Source of the DNA: an uncultured Gammaproteobacteria bacterium | Lineage (GTDB): Bacteria; Patescibacteriota; Microgenomatia; Levybacterales; UBA12049 | Assembly: GCA_964637955.1 (NCBI GenBank) | Contig: CAZWXQ010000001.1 | Span: forward strand, 21,936-85,935 | Direction of reading: 5' to 3' | DNA length: 64,000 bases | Part shown: piece by piece, positions 1 to 10,150 of the stretch | Layout: each line of letters opens with the position of its first letter | Position numbering within the stretch: position 1 is the first letter of the stretch | The notes under the pieces: generated by a model | What the model saw: only the letters and a program-made list of their open reading frames with translations | Database searches by the model: none | Told to the model about the DNA's origin: nothing | Program-made: the position numbers and the translations under genes

Positions 1-1
1 G

Positions 2-673
2 TCTCGATGTGTTTTTAGACCAAGCGATGATGAGAATGTTTTTCCATATCTCATTCCTGCAAATGCAATGACTGTAGTTGGATTACGAAAAATTAAACCC
101 ATCCTTGAAGAGTTGGGGGCCACAGAGCTTGTCAGAAGAGCACATTTAATCTCTGATCAGATCGAAAATGGAATTAATGAGTGGGGAATTGTGGAGCATA
201 AAAAGTTTGGTAAGATTTATGCGTATGAAGTGGATGGTTTTGGTTCAAATGTTATTATGGATGATCCTAATATTCCAAGTTTACTTAGTCTTCCATATCT
301 TGGATATTGCGACCTGGACGAAGAGGTTTACCAAAATACTCGCAAACTAATTCTTTCTGAGTGGAATTCATTTTTCGCAAAAGGTCAGGTGGCGTGCGGC
401 ATAACTTCGCCGCATGTTGGAGTTTGTGATCATTTTTGGCCGATGGCAACAATTATGCAAGCTCTTACTACAAATGATGAAAAAGAAATTATTGAATGTC
501 TAACGACTCTTAAGAAGACGCATGGGAAAACATTTTATATGCATGAAAGCGTAGATGTGGATGATGCTCATCATTACACTAGGCATTGGTTTGCATGGGT
601 AAATTCACTTTTTGGAGAACTTATATTGAATATTTTTGATAAGCATCAAGAAATTCTGAAAAAAGAATTTTAA
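2..673 (+). CDS. Glycoside hydrolase family 125 (exo-alpha-mannosidase), 5'-truncated by window edge
   Basis: Frame open from position 2 (FRPSDD..FPYLIPAN); motifs YAYEVDG, MDDPNIPSLLSLPYLG, MHES, YTRHWFAWVNSLFGE typical of GH125. Confidence 0.9.
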   Translation, partial: SRCVFRPSDDENVFPYLIPANAMTVVGLRKIKPILEELGATELVRRAHLISDQIENGINEWGIVEHKKFGKIYAYEVDGFGSNVIMDDPNIPSLLSLPYLGYCDLDEEVYQNTRKLILSEWNSFFAKGQVACGITSPHVGVCDHFWPMATIMQALTTNDEKEIIECLTTLKKTHGKTFYMHESVDVDDAHHYTRHWFAWVNSLFGELILNIFDKHQEILKKEF

Positions 674-702
674 CATAACAGTAATTAGTTGCAGCCTATT
701 TC

Positions 703-733
703 TTGACAATCGTATTCATCTTGCTGCTATTAT
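703..733 (+). promoter_or_regulatory. Sigma70-type promoter (TTGACA ... TGcTATTAT), leaderless start at 740
   Basis: TTGACA 703-708, extended -10 at 725-733, 6 nt to ATG. Confidence 0.6.
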
Positions 734-739
734 ATTTAT

Positions 740-1714
740 ATGAACTTAAAACGTTTTCGCGGTGATCCTATTCTTGAGCGAGACCCAGATCATGATTGGG
801 AAAAGGGATCAGTTCTAAATCCAGGAGTCATTTATGAAAATGGGTTTTTCCGCATGATTTACCGTGCTACAAATGATGTTCATCCAGACCAAGAAGGAGC
901 ATATATGTCATCGCTTGGTTACGCAGAAAGCGTGGATGGAATGCATTTTGAAAGATTTGAAGAACCTATTCTTTCTCCCACTGAGAGTTATGAAAATGGT
1001 TTGGGATGTGAAGATCCAAGAGTCACCAAAATAGACGGTGTCTATTATCTTTATTACACAGCGGTAGGAGGAATGGGGCATGAGCAGAAAGTAAGGATAG
1101 CTCTAGCTACTAGTAAAGATTTTATTCATTGGAATAAGCATGGAATAATAGGCCCTGATATTTTCTCAAAAGCAGCATGTCTTTTTCCGGAAAAGATAAA
1201 TGGAAAGTACACTATGCTTTTTACATTTGAAATAGAGAGTCCAAAAGCTACCATTATGATGGCACAGTTTGACGATCTATATGATCTATTTTTTCCAGAG
1301 CGTGGTTATATGAATAGAATTGTAAATGAAGAATTTGAAGATAATGTAGTCTTCAGACCAAGTGAAGGGCGAGGGAATGAAGTAGGAGCAGTGCCTATTA
1401 AAACTCCTCATGGATGGCTATTTATATATAGTGCACTTTCAACAGTGGATGACCATACGCAGTGGTCTATAAGTGCAGCACTCCTTGACCTTCATAATCC
1501 TAGGAAGATTCTCGCAAACGTAGACCATATTCTTAAGCCAGAAACTGAACGCGAAACACACGGAGTAGTAGATCATGTAGCTTTCCCAGAGGGAGCAATA
1601 GTTTTCGGAGAAAATCTTTATGTATATTACGGAAGTGGAGATCAGGGAATCTGTCTCGCAATGTGTGATTACCAAGAGCTCATGAATCACCTCCTAGATC
1701 TAGTAGGGAAATAA
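740..1714 (+). CDS. GH130-family glycosidase/mannoside phosphorylase
   Basis: VLNPGV, YRA, GCEDPRVTKIDG.YY..YTA, KAACLFPEKINGKY, VAFPEG, YYGSGD motifs. Confidence 0.85.
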   Translation: MNLKRFRGDPILERDPDHDWEKGSVLNPGVIYENGFFRMIYRATNDVHPDQEGAYMSSLGYAESVDGMHFERFEEPILSPTESYENGLGCEDPRVTKIDGVYYLYYTAVGGMGHEQKVRIALATSKDFIHWNKHGIIGPDIFSKAACLFPEKINGKYTMLFTFEIESPKATIMMAQFDDLYDLFFPERGYMNRIVNEEFEDNVVFRPSEGRGNEVGAVPIKTPHGWLFIYSALSTVDDHTQWSISAALLDLHNPRKILANVDHILKPETERETHGVVDHVAFPEGAIVFGENLYVYYGSGDQGICLAMCDYQELMNHLLDLVGK

Positions 1715-1782
1715 GTCATAGAACTTATCATAGATTAATAATATATTATTTAAGCCAATTAGCTTCATGCTATACTAATGTT

Positions 1783-2817
1783 ATGATTGATGGAGCACCG
1801 GCAGGTGGTTTAGTAGAAAACCCAAGACCTATTTTTAAAATCAATCAGGAAGGAGATTCTTTTAGAGTTACGAGTCCCCATATAGATTTAAAATCTGAAG
1901 GCGATCCTCTTCTTTTCTCAGTTACTTTAGAAAAAGCAGCTACCCCAGCTCTTCCTGGAAAAACAATTGATAATATTACGATTGACTCTGAGAGTCCTAA
2001 GCTTCAGGAAATGCGCGAAGAAGCTAGGGTATTGCGAGAAATTCCTGAAAGAGAAAGACCACGCAGATTGCTAGAATTATTAAGATCAAATGTTGGCTTT
2101 GCGTATGAAGATGTAATGGCAGAAATTGCAGTTGATAGGCCTGAGACTGCAAGTTGGGTTGCTGAAAATACCGGACCTAAAGTTTACAAAAATGTAACTT
2201 TATCCCAAGTTGTGGATTATGGGTATGGAGTATGCAGGCATTTATCGGTAGCAATGCTGGATCTGGCAAGAGAAGCAGGAATGGAAGGTGCATATGCTTC
2301 TTATTCTCCTCCAATGGCGCCGACACCTGAACAGGATCCTAGATATTTAATTAAAAATGTAATACGACCAGATAATGGTAAGCCTATTTTCAGGACTGGT
2401 GCTCCTGGAGACTACGCCTGGTCTGCTCATGCTTGGGTAGAATTAAAGACAAGCGATGGAGAATGGATACCGGTTGATCCGACTACGCAGTTAGTTGGGG
2501 ATACGCTAGAAGGATTGGAAACATTTCGTGAAGCAAATTATATAGCTTTTCCTACAGCATCATTTAGGATAGATGGACTTCCTCCAGATACAAAAGATTA
2601 TGATTTTGGTTCTTTGTGGTTTTTGGCTGGAGAAGGAAAAAAAACAGGAACTATTAAAATAAATTCTAGGCTAAGGCCAAAAATATCTATAATTGGTGCT
2701 CCTGAAAAAACTACTTTTGAACCTACGTTATATTCTGGTCCTCTGGAATTTATAGCTTATTCTAAAATTCCACAAAACTCGCTAAATGTAAAAGTTGCAG
2801 ACATAAAACCAGCGTAA
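1783..2817 (+). CDS. Transglutaminase-like domain protein
   Basis: GVCRH, HAWVE, W.PVDPT Cys-His-Asp triad motifs. Confidence 0.75.
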   Translation: MIDGAPAGGLVENPRPIFKINQEGDSFRVTSPHIDLKSEGDPLLFSVTLEKAATPALPGKTIDNITIDSESPKLQEMREEARVLREIPERERPRRLLELLRSNVGFAYEDVMAEIAVDRPETASWVAENTGPKVYKNVTLSQVVDYGYGVCRHLSVAMLDLAREAGMEGAYASYSPPMAPTPEQDPRYLIKNVIRPDNGKPIFRTGAPGDYAWSAHAWVELKTSDGEWIPVDPTTQLVGDTLEGLETFREANYIAFPTASFRIDGLPPDTKDYDFGSLWFLAGEGKKTGTIKINSRLRPKISIIGAPEKTTFEPTLYSGPLEFIAYSKIPQNSLNVKVADIKPA

Positions 2818-2834
2818 TTGATATAATCAAGAAG

Positions 2835-3776
2835 ATGAAAATAGTTATTCTAAATGAGTGTTTCTTGAATGAAAATCATCTCGAAAGACTTAAAAAGATT
2901 GGTGAATTAACTGTTTATAGTGATACTAATTCAGAAGATCTCGCAATTGAAAGATTGAAAGATGCAGATATTGCCTTAGCTGATTGTTTCATTTCTCCAT
3001 TAAATAAAAATGTTTTTTCTTCAATTGAAAATCTAAGATTTATAACTATAAACAGTACAGGTTATGATCTTGTCGATTTAATAACTGCAAAAGAAAAAGG
3101 AATAAAGGTTTCAAATATACCTGGTTTTGCAACTGAAGCTGTTGCAGAGCAAACAATTGCGTTAATGTTTGCAGTTAATAGAAGAATCGCCTATTTTGAT
3201 CGGGAAATGAGGCATCATCCATTTGAAACAGATCCAGAAAAAGATGCACATTTAGCAGGTTTTAATCTTGCGGGTAAAACTCTAGGAATTATTGGACTGG
3301 GTTCTATTGGCTTGCGAGTTGCAGAACTTGGTAAAGGGCTTGGCATGAAAGTGATTGCATATAATCGATCAGATAAATCATTAGATAGAGTCGAAATGGT
3401 TAGTCTTGAAGAATTATTAAAGCGATGCGATGTAGTTTCAATTCATCTGCCATTAACAGCAGAAACGGAAAAAATTATCGGAGAAGAAGAGCTTCGTATG
3501 ATGAAATCGAATGCAATTTTAATTAATACAGCTCGAGGAAAACACATAGATAATCAGGCTCTATTCCAAGTTTTAACAGAGAAGAAAATATATGGTGCTG
3601 GACTAGATATAATGGACAACGTGAATATAGATAATCCTCTTTTGAAATTAGAAAATGTAGTTCTTACGCCTCATTCTGGATGGCTCACGAAAGAATCATT
3701 TGAAAATCTTGCTGAAATGGTGGTAAGTAATGTTGAAGCTTTTTTCTCAGGATCTCCTAAGAATCTCGTGTCTTAA
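2835..3776 (+). CDS. D-isomer-specific 2-hydroxyacid dehydrogenase
   Basis: GIIGLGSIG, HLPLT, INTARG, GAGLD, VLTPH motifs. Confidence 0.9.
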   Translation: MKIVILNECFLNENHLERLKKIGELTVYSDTNSEDLAIERLKDADIALADCFISPLNKNVFSSIENLRFITINSTGYDLVDLITAKEKGIKVSNIPGFATEAVAEQTIALMFAVNRRIAYFDREMRHHPFETDPEKDAHLAGFNLAGKTLGIIGLGSIGLRVAELGKGLGMKVIAYNRSDKSLDRVEMVSLEELLKRCDVVSIHLPLTAETEKIIGEEELRMMKSNAILINTARGKHIDNQALFQVLTEKKIYGAGLDIMDNVNIDNPLLKLENVVLTPHSGWLTKESFENLAEMVVSNVEAFFSGSPKNLVS

Positions 3777-3839
3777 TTATTGAAACACAATAATTATATA
3801 TTGACAAACGATAAATAATAGCTTTTAATATATTTATCT

Positions 3840-4319
3840 ATGAAACGCGGATCCACATTATTTCTTAAATTTGCGATACTACTTATCGGAGTGGTTGCTG
3901 TCATTGCCTTGGTTCATTTCCCTACTACGGAAGGAAGAGCAAAGGACTTAGATCTATTACATGTTTACATGGATCCACTTATTATTTATGGCTACATTGC
4001 TTCAATTCCATTTTTCATCGCTCTTTATGAATTATTTAAACTTCTTGGATTGGTCGACAAGAATAAAGTTTTTTCAGAAGCGGCAGTAAAAGCAGTTAAG
4101 ATTATAAAATACTGCGCATTATTAATTCCTATCTTTATTTTTCTTGCACTATTCTATATAAGATTAAATGTGGCCGCTGGTGATGATCCAGCAGGGCCAA
4201 CTGGACTTGGCATAATAGTAAGTTTTATTTTTATAGTACTCGCTACTGGCGCTGGAGTTTTTCAAAAAATTCTTCAGAATGCTATAGACATAAAGAAGGA
4301 AAATGATTTAACCGTTTAG
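3840..4319 (+). CDS. DUF2975 membrane protein
   Basis: 4 TM segments, C-terminal AIDIKKENDLTV, followed by small HTH gene. Confidence 0.85.
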   Translation: MKRGSTLFLKFAILLIGVVAVIALVHFPTTEGRAKDLDLLHVYMDPLIIYGYIASIPFFIALYELFKLLGLVDKNKVFSEAAVKAVKIIKYCALLIPIFIFLALFYIRLNVAAGDDPAGPTGLGIIVSFIFIVLATGAGVFQKILQNAIDIKKENDLTV

Positions 4320-4335
4320 GTTAGAAAGGCAGGAA

Positions 4336-4554
4336 ATGGCAATAATAGTAAATCTTGATGTCATGTTGGCAAAACGAAAAATGAGCGTTACACAGCTTTC
4401 TGAGGAAGTGGGAATTACCATGGCAAATCTTTCAATTCTAAAAAATGGAAAAGCCAAAGCGATTCGATTATCAACTCTTGAGGCGATTTGTAAAGCTTTG
4501 GACTGCCAACCTGGAGAAATCTTAGAGTATAAAAGTGACGAAAATATTGAATAG
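4336..4554 (+). CDS. XRE/Cro-family HTH transcriptional regulator (YozG-like)
   Basis: MAIIVNLDVMLAKRKM...ANLSILKNGKAKAIR...LDCQPGEILEY. Confidence 0.9.
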   Translation: MAIIVNLDVMLAKRKMSVTQLSEEVGITMANLSILKNGKAKAIRLSTLEAICKALDCQPGEILEYKSDENIE

Positions 4555-4609
4555 TATTCCTATCTTCATAGCTTGGAATTTCAGTAATTACTTTCTCATC
4601 AAATAAATA

Positions 4610-5038
4610 TTGCTTACCTTATTGATACTGTATAATCATAAAATTATAAATAAACAAATTCCCTATCAGTTGCTTATAGACAATACTAAAAAAGATGGAG
4701 GAGTAACATTTGATATTATAAATAATTCAATTGTTAAGCCTAAAGATCATTGGCTTTTTCCAAAATTTCCCTCAAAAACGTTAATTCTAAAAAGTGATGT
4801 AGGCATTAATATTGAAGTAAAATCTTTTATTGAAAATAATTTGGTTTATCTTTCTGATCAGGATACTTATTTTGGTTTATGGATTAATCCTAAAACTCAG
4901 GATTATTATCTAGATATAATTACAGCTATGGAGGACGAAAATAAGGCTATGGAGAAAGCTCGTGAATTAAGTAAAAAAGAGAGAAGGCAAATAGTTAGTA
5001 TCTATAATCCTGATAAAAATGAAACAATTTACCTCTAA
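4610..5038 (+). CDS. Hypothetical protein
   Basis: 142-aa ORF filling the intergenic space; start uncertain. Confidence 0.5.
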   Translation: MLTLLILYNHKIINKQIPYQLLIDNTKKDGGVTFDIINNSIVKPKDHWLFPKFPSKTLILKSDVGINIEVKSFIENNLVYLSDQDTYFGLWINPKTQDYYLDIITAMEDENKAMEKARELSKKERRQIVSIYNPDKNETIYL

Positions 5039-5078
5039 AACATTATTGGTAGGATAAAATTATAATTTTGATGCCAAG

Positions 5079-5981
5079 CTACTTGACTGATTTTTTAATA
5101 AAATTCTCAACAGTTAACGCAAGTTCATCTTCATACATTTTAAAGCTGTGAGATGCGTTTTTTATGATACAAATTTTGGTATTCTCATTTTTAATTTTAT
5201 TTACTTTCTCAATATATTTTTCAACTGTTTTATCAACCATTGTAATGCCAATATCAATATCTCCGTATACAATTAATGTTGGGATTGTAATTTTGCCGAG
5301 AGGAGCATTGTCGTTTTTTATTCCATAAATATCAACTTTGGTTCCAGCTTCTGTGATGCTGGGGTATGTTTGAGCAGAAAGAGGAGTTTTATCTAGCCAA
5401 CACTGTGATGCAACTAATTCTTCATTTTTACCTTTTGATAAAAGTTCTTTAGCTTTCTGTAAATACTCATTGTTTTTGGGATCAGTTTCTGCCCAGCTTA
5501 CCATATCAGTTGGAGCTAGTAAGATAGATGAGATAATTTTTTCTTTATTTTTAGAAACTAAATAATTTACAACCTTGCTTGCACCAAGTGAATGTCCTAA
5601 TAAAATAAATTTGGTTTTGCCTAAGCTTTTTAAATAATCTATAGCACCTTGTATATCGGATTCACTTTCTTTAAAAATTTCAAAACAGCTTCCGCCGTGT
5701 TTTGTTCCTTCGCCCCAATTATCTTCTTCTCCGTCTTTCCAGAATGAATTAATTATTCCACTTCCCCTAGTATCAATTGCGAAGAAAGAAATATTATTAG
5801 CGCTAAACATTTCTCGAAGATTGTCAAGGAAATAATTTTCATATCCATTTCCTGACATTCCATGAATATGAATTGCTGCAGTATTGCTGTTTTTATTGGT
5901 GAGCCATCCTCGAAGCTCAATATTGTCCGTCGTTTTAAATCTTACAAAATCAACATTAATTGTTTTTGATTTAATATTCAT
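5079..5981 (-). CDS. Alpha/beta hydrolase (DUF1749-like)
   Basis: IHGM, GHSLG nucleophile elbow, GDID, C-terminal ASHSF. Confidence 0.8.
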   Translation of the reverse strand: MNIKSKTINVDFVRFKTTDNIELRGWLTNKNSNTAAIHIHGMSGNGYENYFLDNLREMFSANNISFFAIDTRGSGIINSFWKDGEEDNWGEGTKHGGSCFEIFKESESDIQGAIDYLKSLGKTKFILLGHSLGASKVVNYLVSKNKEKIISSILLAPTDMVSWAETDPKNNEYLQKAKELLSKGKNEELVASQCWLDKTPLSAQTYPSITEAGTKVDIYGIKNDNAPLGKITIPTLIVYGDIDIGITMVDKTVEKYIEKVNKIKNENTKICIIKNASHSFKMYEDELALTVENFIKKSVK

Positions 5982-5988
5982 GCACAGA

Positions 5989-6222
5989 TTATAACAAATT
6001 GAGGATGGATTTTTTTTGCAATAAATTTAGTCGCAATAAATAATTAGCCTCTTTTAAGAGGCAGTAATTAATTTTTCCAAATCTTTTCCGCATTACTAGT
6101 TTTCCATCAGATTCAGCAATTTTTTTAGCTTTATTAATATATTCTTTAGTTTTTTCTGGCTCTACAGTATTTAGAAATTCTTTTGGATATTGAGTAGAAA
6201 TTTTTGTTTTAGGCTCTGCCAT
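5989..6222 (-). pseudogene. Short ORF, possibly a degraded DUF1801-like gene remnant
   Basis: N-terminus MAEPKTK..KEFLNTVE resembles DUF1801 starts, then loses resemblance; has its own TGaTATAAT promoter. Confidence 0.3.
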
Positions 6223-6260
6223 CATGAGATTATATCAAATGATGTTAATGGAATCTGAAA

Positions 6261-6944
6261 TTAATCTTTTGTGGAACTAAAGCCTTTTATAAGAATCCAG
6301 AAACCTATTACTAACTCAAATGGAACATAGGGTAGGTATATTAATGTTGGAACAGTTTGCCCAAAAACAGTAAAAAGTGTTGCAGATAGAATTATACTTG
6401 CACCAATGATTCCCCAAATTGAAAGTAATCGAGGGATAAGTTTTGATTTATAAAAAATGTAGTAGAAAAGAATAGCTCCAATGCTAAACGGTAAAAGTGC
6501 GAGTGTCATACCAAAACCCATGGTTTGAAATGAAAGATTTCCTAAAGCCTGAAGTAATGCTTGTCCACCTGATAATGCATATTCATGACTAATACCTAAA
6601 AGAATAAATGCCCAAAGCATGCTTGATGCAAGAATTGTACCTTCTAGAATATATAGTCCAAATCCTACCGTTGCTGCTTTTTTATTTTCTTTCTTAAGAG
6701 CTATATAAAGCATAGATCCGAGGAACACTATTCCGATAGCTGTGATAACTTGCCCTAAAATACTTATCCTGATTATTAAATCATTTGAAGCAATATTATT
6801 TAAATTTAAATTTACTATTTCATTTGTAGGAAGTGAGTTGCCTGGTAAAACTTTGCTGGGAATTAGTCCACTAATTAGTGAGGTGAAAAACTGAAATAAA
6901 AACGCGAAACCTAATAATCTTTGGGTATTTTTATCAAGGTTCAT
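6261..6944 (-). CDS. DUF4386 membrane protein
   Basis: Multi-TM; KSKLIPRLLSIWG and PFELVIGFWILIKGF motifs. Confidence 0.8.
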   Translation of the reverse strand: MNLDKNTQRLLGFAFLFQFFTSLISGLIPSKVLPGNSLPTNEIVNLNLNNIASNDLIIRISILGQVITAIGIVFLGSMLYIALKKENKKAATVGFGLYILEGTILASSMLWAFILLGISHEYALSGGQALLQALGNLSFQTMGFGMTLALLPFSIGAILFYYIFYKSKLIPRLLSIWGIIGASIILSATLFTVFGQTVPTLIYLPYVPFELVIGFWILIKGFSSTKD

Positions 6945-7016
6945 CCAACAATTATATCAAAAGAAAATTATTTGGATAAATCTTTATTGCGTAATTAATG
7001 TAATATATTTTAATTT

Positions 7017-7199
7017 CTAATCTTGAGCGCCATCTCGAATTTCTTGAGCCTTCCTGTCTGCTTCACTCTTAACCCTATCAGCTTCTTCATCAGCTAGTCG
7101 TTGTTTATCATAAGCGGCTTGCTGGTCAGCAGCATCTTTTTGCTCTTGAGCCTGCTGGTCTATCTGATCTTTTTTCTTCTGTAAGTCATTATCGACCAT
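7017..7199 (-). CDS. Small acidic coiled-coil hypothetical protein
   Basis: Q/A/D/E/K-rich ORF from ATG preceded by an AGGAGG Shine-Dalgarno. Confidence 0.65.
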   Translation of the reverse strand: MVDNDLQKKKDQIDQQAQEQKDAADQQAAYDKQRLADEEADRVKSEADRKAQEIRDGAQD

Positions 7200-7307
7200 A
7201 AAATATCCTCCTTTAATTATTAATGATAGGAAATAGTTTTTAGAAAACAATTAAGAAATCGTAAGAATTTTGAAAGAGGCTAATCTAAAAATTATTAATT
7301 AAAATGT

Positions 7308-8390
7308 TTAATTTTTAGTGAAAGAAAATCCTCTACCATCTCTAATAATCTTGCTACTAACACCTGAAAGATTAGCTATAATATGTTGCTTTTGATCATC
7401 AAGCTTTTGATATTCTCTTTGTCTTAATTTAGATAAGCCAATTTTCATTATTTGCCCTCCTAAATAATAAAATCTCTCTCTTTCATTTAAAGGTCTTTCT
7501 TTTACTTTTTCCTCTTCTTCAGTAATTTCATCATCTGTTAAAACATCAAGTCTTTTAAGAGTATTTATTGCTTCATCAAGTGCTTTTTCCTCTTCTTCAG
7601 CATTTCCTGGCTGAGATGCTTTCCTTTTTGCTGCTTCAAAATATTCTATTTTATTAGCCAAATCAAGCATCGCTTTTCTATTTATACCTTCAGGGATATT
7701 TCTAATATTTAAAACAGCACTTGAAGAAATACCACGATAGCCTGGATGAGACCCGGTAAAACCTGTTCCAACAAATCTACCACCTTGTGGAATTCTACTT
7801 ATAGTAGTACTTACAACTTCTTCAAAAACTTTTGGTCCCAAATATCTTAAACTTTCAATTGCAAACGCTAAATCTACCGTATTAATTCCATGAGAATCTA
7901 GGAAAGCTTCAAGGGATTGAGTTCGAGAAAGAGTGTAATAAAAATTTTTTACATTTATTTGTTGATTTATGGCTTGGTTAAGAGAATCTATTTTTGAATA
8001 GTCAATTGCTATTGGTTTTTCTGTATCCTGTAGATTTGGTTCTTGGCTATCCGTAAGGCCAATTACATTTAGTCTTAATCCAGGATTATCAACTAAAAAA
8101 GCTTTTAATTTTAAACTCTGAAGATTGTATTCTTTTAAATCTTTCATCATAAATCCATCACCACTTCCTATATCTATAACTGTTACTTCGCTTCTGCCAT
8201 TTACAACCGCATCTTTGAGCCTATCAAGCATTAAACTATCTACTGATTCACCGGTTTCAGTGATAAGACCATCTATTGAACTTATTCCTCTTGCAAAATA
8301 TTTAGGTTCAGTCGGACCAAGGTATAGGCCAGTAACTGCTTTAGTGTCTGGGGGTGTAGCTGGAGGCAGCTCAGTTCCTAAATCGCTCAT
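7308..8390 (-). CDS. Hypothetical protein with class I SAM-methyltransferase-like motif
   Basis: VIDIGSGDG glycine-rich motif; VDLAFAIESLRY. Confidence 0.5.
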   Translation of the reverse strand: MSDLGTELPPATPPDTKAVTGLYLGPTEPKYFARGISSIDGLITETGESVDSLMLDRLKDAVVNGRSEVTVIDIGSGDGFMMKDLKEYNLQSLKLKAFLVDNPGLRLNVIGLTDSQEPNLQDTEKPIAIDYSKIDSLNQAINQQINVKNFYYTLSRTQSLEAFLDSHGINTVDLAFAIESLRYLGPKVFEEVVSTTISRIPQGGRFVGTGFTGSHPGYRGISSSAVLNIRNIPEGINRKAMLDLANKIEYFEAAKRKASQPGNAEEEEKALDEAINTLKRLDVLTDDEITEEEEKVKERPLNERERFYYLGGQIMKIGLSKLRQREYQKLDDQKQHIIANLSGVSSKIIRDGRGFSFTKN

Positions 8391-8449
8391 TGATTTTGAT
8401 TATATCAAAAGCAATATCAAATCAGGTTCTTTTTGATATTTTTGACAGC

Positions 8450-8917
8450 TCAATTACAAAGTGATGGATTGTCCTTACAGAATTGCTGTTGTTTTTGAAT
8501 AGTTTCTTGAGTTCTTTTTTGAGCATCATTAAATTCTTTATTAAAGTTATCTATCCATTCTTTGCTGCCTAATTCTCCCGGCTTTGGAGTGGCATATGTA
8601 GGCGGTTTATAAGTGTCATTCGAAACACTCTTTTTATAAATTATTACAACAGTTGGAGCTGGCGCTTCGGTAGGCTCTATAGTAGGTTCAGCTGTTGGAT
8701 CTGGAATCATAGTTGGTATTGGTGCTTCTAATGCTTTTGAAATTGAATCAATATTCTTTTTAATGGGGTTAACTATTCTATTATTAATTTCTCCTGATTT
8801 AATTAATGCATAAGCAGATGAAGTAGCTAGAATCGTAATTAATAAAATAATTATTGTGAGAGTTAAGCCTGCTCGAAATGTAACTTGTTTTATATTTGTA
8901 TATTTTTTTGGTTTCAC
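8450..8917 (-). CDS. Membrane-anchored hypothetical protein with Pro/Thr linker
   Basis: N-terminal TM, PT repeats; overlaps lemA stop. Confidence 0.6.
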   Translation of the reverse strand: MKPKKYTNIKQVTFRAGLTLTIIILLITILATSSAYALIKSGEINNRIVNPIKKNIDSISKALEAPIPTMIPDPTAEPTIEPTEAPAPTVVIIYKKSVSNDTYKPPTYATPKPGELGSKEWIDNFNKEFNDAQKRTQETIQKQQQFCKDNPSLCN

Positions 8918-9450
8918 GTAGTTTGGAAAAAATCTTCTTCGTAGAATTTAAAAATAAAAGCAGCCAAAAGATTTGGAAAAGTTTGAATACTATTATTATA
9001 TTCCTGAACAGATCGGTTATAGTCTTCTCTATAGTGAGCTATATTGTCTTCCGTTTCTTTTAAATCTCTCTGAAGCTGAAGATAGTTTTCATTAGCTTTT
9101 AGCTCAGGATAATTTTCGACAACCATAAATATTGATTTTAATGTTTGAGTTAATAAGTTATCTGCCTGAGCCTTTTCTTGAACAGTTTTTGAATTATCTA
9201 GAGCAGATCTCGCTTCTGTGACTTGTGTGAATGTGGATTTTTCATGTTTTGCATATCCTTGAACAATTTCGACCAATTTGCCAATCAGAGAAGAGCGTCT
9301 TGTAAGTTGGATATCTATGTCAGAAAAATCGGTTTTAACTTGATTTCGATTTTTAATAAATGAGTTGTATCTTGTCAAAAGAAAAATTAAAACCAAAATT
9401 AAGATAATTGCTAAAACTCCAAGTACTGGAAATAGATTATTCATGTTCAT
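8914..9450 (-). CDS. lemA: LemA family protein
   Basis: YNS..IDIQLTRR, YAKHEKST, ENYPELKANENYLQLQ, YNRSVQEYN..FPNLL. Confidence 0.95.
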   Translation of the reverse strand: MNMNNLFPVLGVLAIILILVLIFLLTRYNSFIKNRNQVKTDFSDIDIQLTRRSSLIGKLVEIVQGYAKHEKSTFTQVTEARSALDNSKTVQEKAQADNLLTQTLKSIFMVVENYPELKANENYLQLQRDLKETEDNIAHYREDYNRSVQEYNNSIQTFPNLLAAFIFKFYEEDFFQTT

Positions 9451-9537
9451 ATATTTATATTAGCATTTAAGTACTTAAACTCAAGTACTTAACTCTGATA
9501 ATCAAATCAAAATAGATAAATTAAATATATATTTTTT

Positions 9538-9557
9538 GAGGTTAGCTGGCTGCAGAT
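9538..9557 (+). repeat. Degenerate, partial array junction J0
   Basis: GAGGTT-N5-GCTGC abutting the stop of the VOC gene; right arm missing. Confidence 0.3.
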
Positions 9558-10058
9558 TTACTGCCCAGCTTTTCGGATTGCTTCAAGATCAAGTTTTTTC
9601 ATTGGCATGAATACAGCAGTTACTGCCTCTGCTTTTTCAGGGTCACGCATCATTTCATCTAAAATCCTCGGGACTACTTGCCATGTAACTCCGAATTTAT
9701 CTGTACACCATCCACACTGTTCTGCTTCTGGAACTGCTGATAACTTTTCCCAGAAGTAATCAATTTCATCCTGAGTATCACACTCAATAATATATGAGGT
9801 TCCGCCAGTAATCTTGAATTGTTCCATAGGGCCTCCGTTAAGGAACATGAAGCTAATCCCATCAAGTTCGCATTCAGCTGTCATAACAGATCCTTCAGGT
9901 ATGCCAGAGACTTCTTCGGATGCCTTTGGTGCTTTTGTGATGTCTCCAATTGTTGCAGAGTGCTCCCCAGGTGCTGAATTAAAAGTATCTATGTAATATT
10001 TTGCTGCCTCTTCGCCGTCGTTATTCGCGAACCAGAGACATGTTATTAGTTTACTCAT
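9558..10058 (-). CDS. VOC/PhnB-like (glyoxalase superfamily) protein
   Basis: ITCLWF, EEAAKYY, FLNGGP, CDTQDEIDYFWEKL, QCGWCTDKFGVTWQVVP. Confidence 0.9.
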   Translation of the reverse strand: MSKLITCLWFANNDGEEAAKYYIDTFNSAPGEHSATIGDITKAPKASEEVSGIPEGSVMTAECELDGISFMFLNGGPMEQFKITGGTSYIIECDTQDEIDYFWEKLSAVPEAEQCGWCTDKFGVTWQVVPRILDEMMRDPEKAEAVTAVFMPMKKLDLEAIRKAGQ

Positions 10059-10150
10059 TTTATTTATTCTAACATATTTTAATAATTTTTCAGTATTAGT
10101 TCTATAAGAATAATTGATATTACAATCAAGGGATAATTTTGATTATTAAA

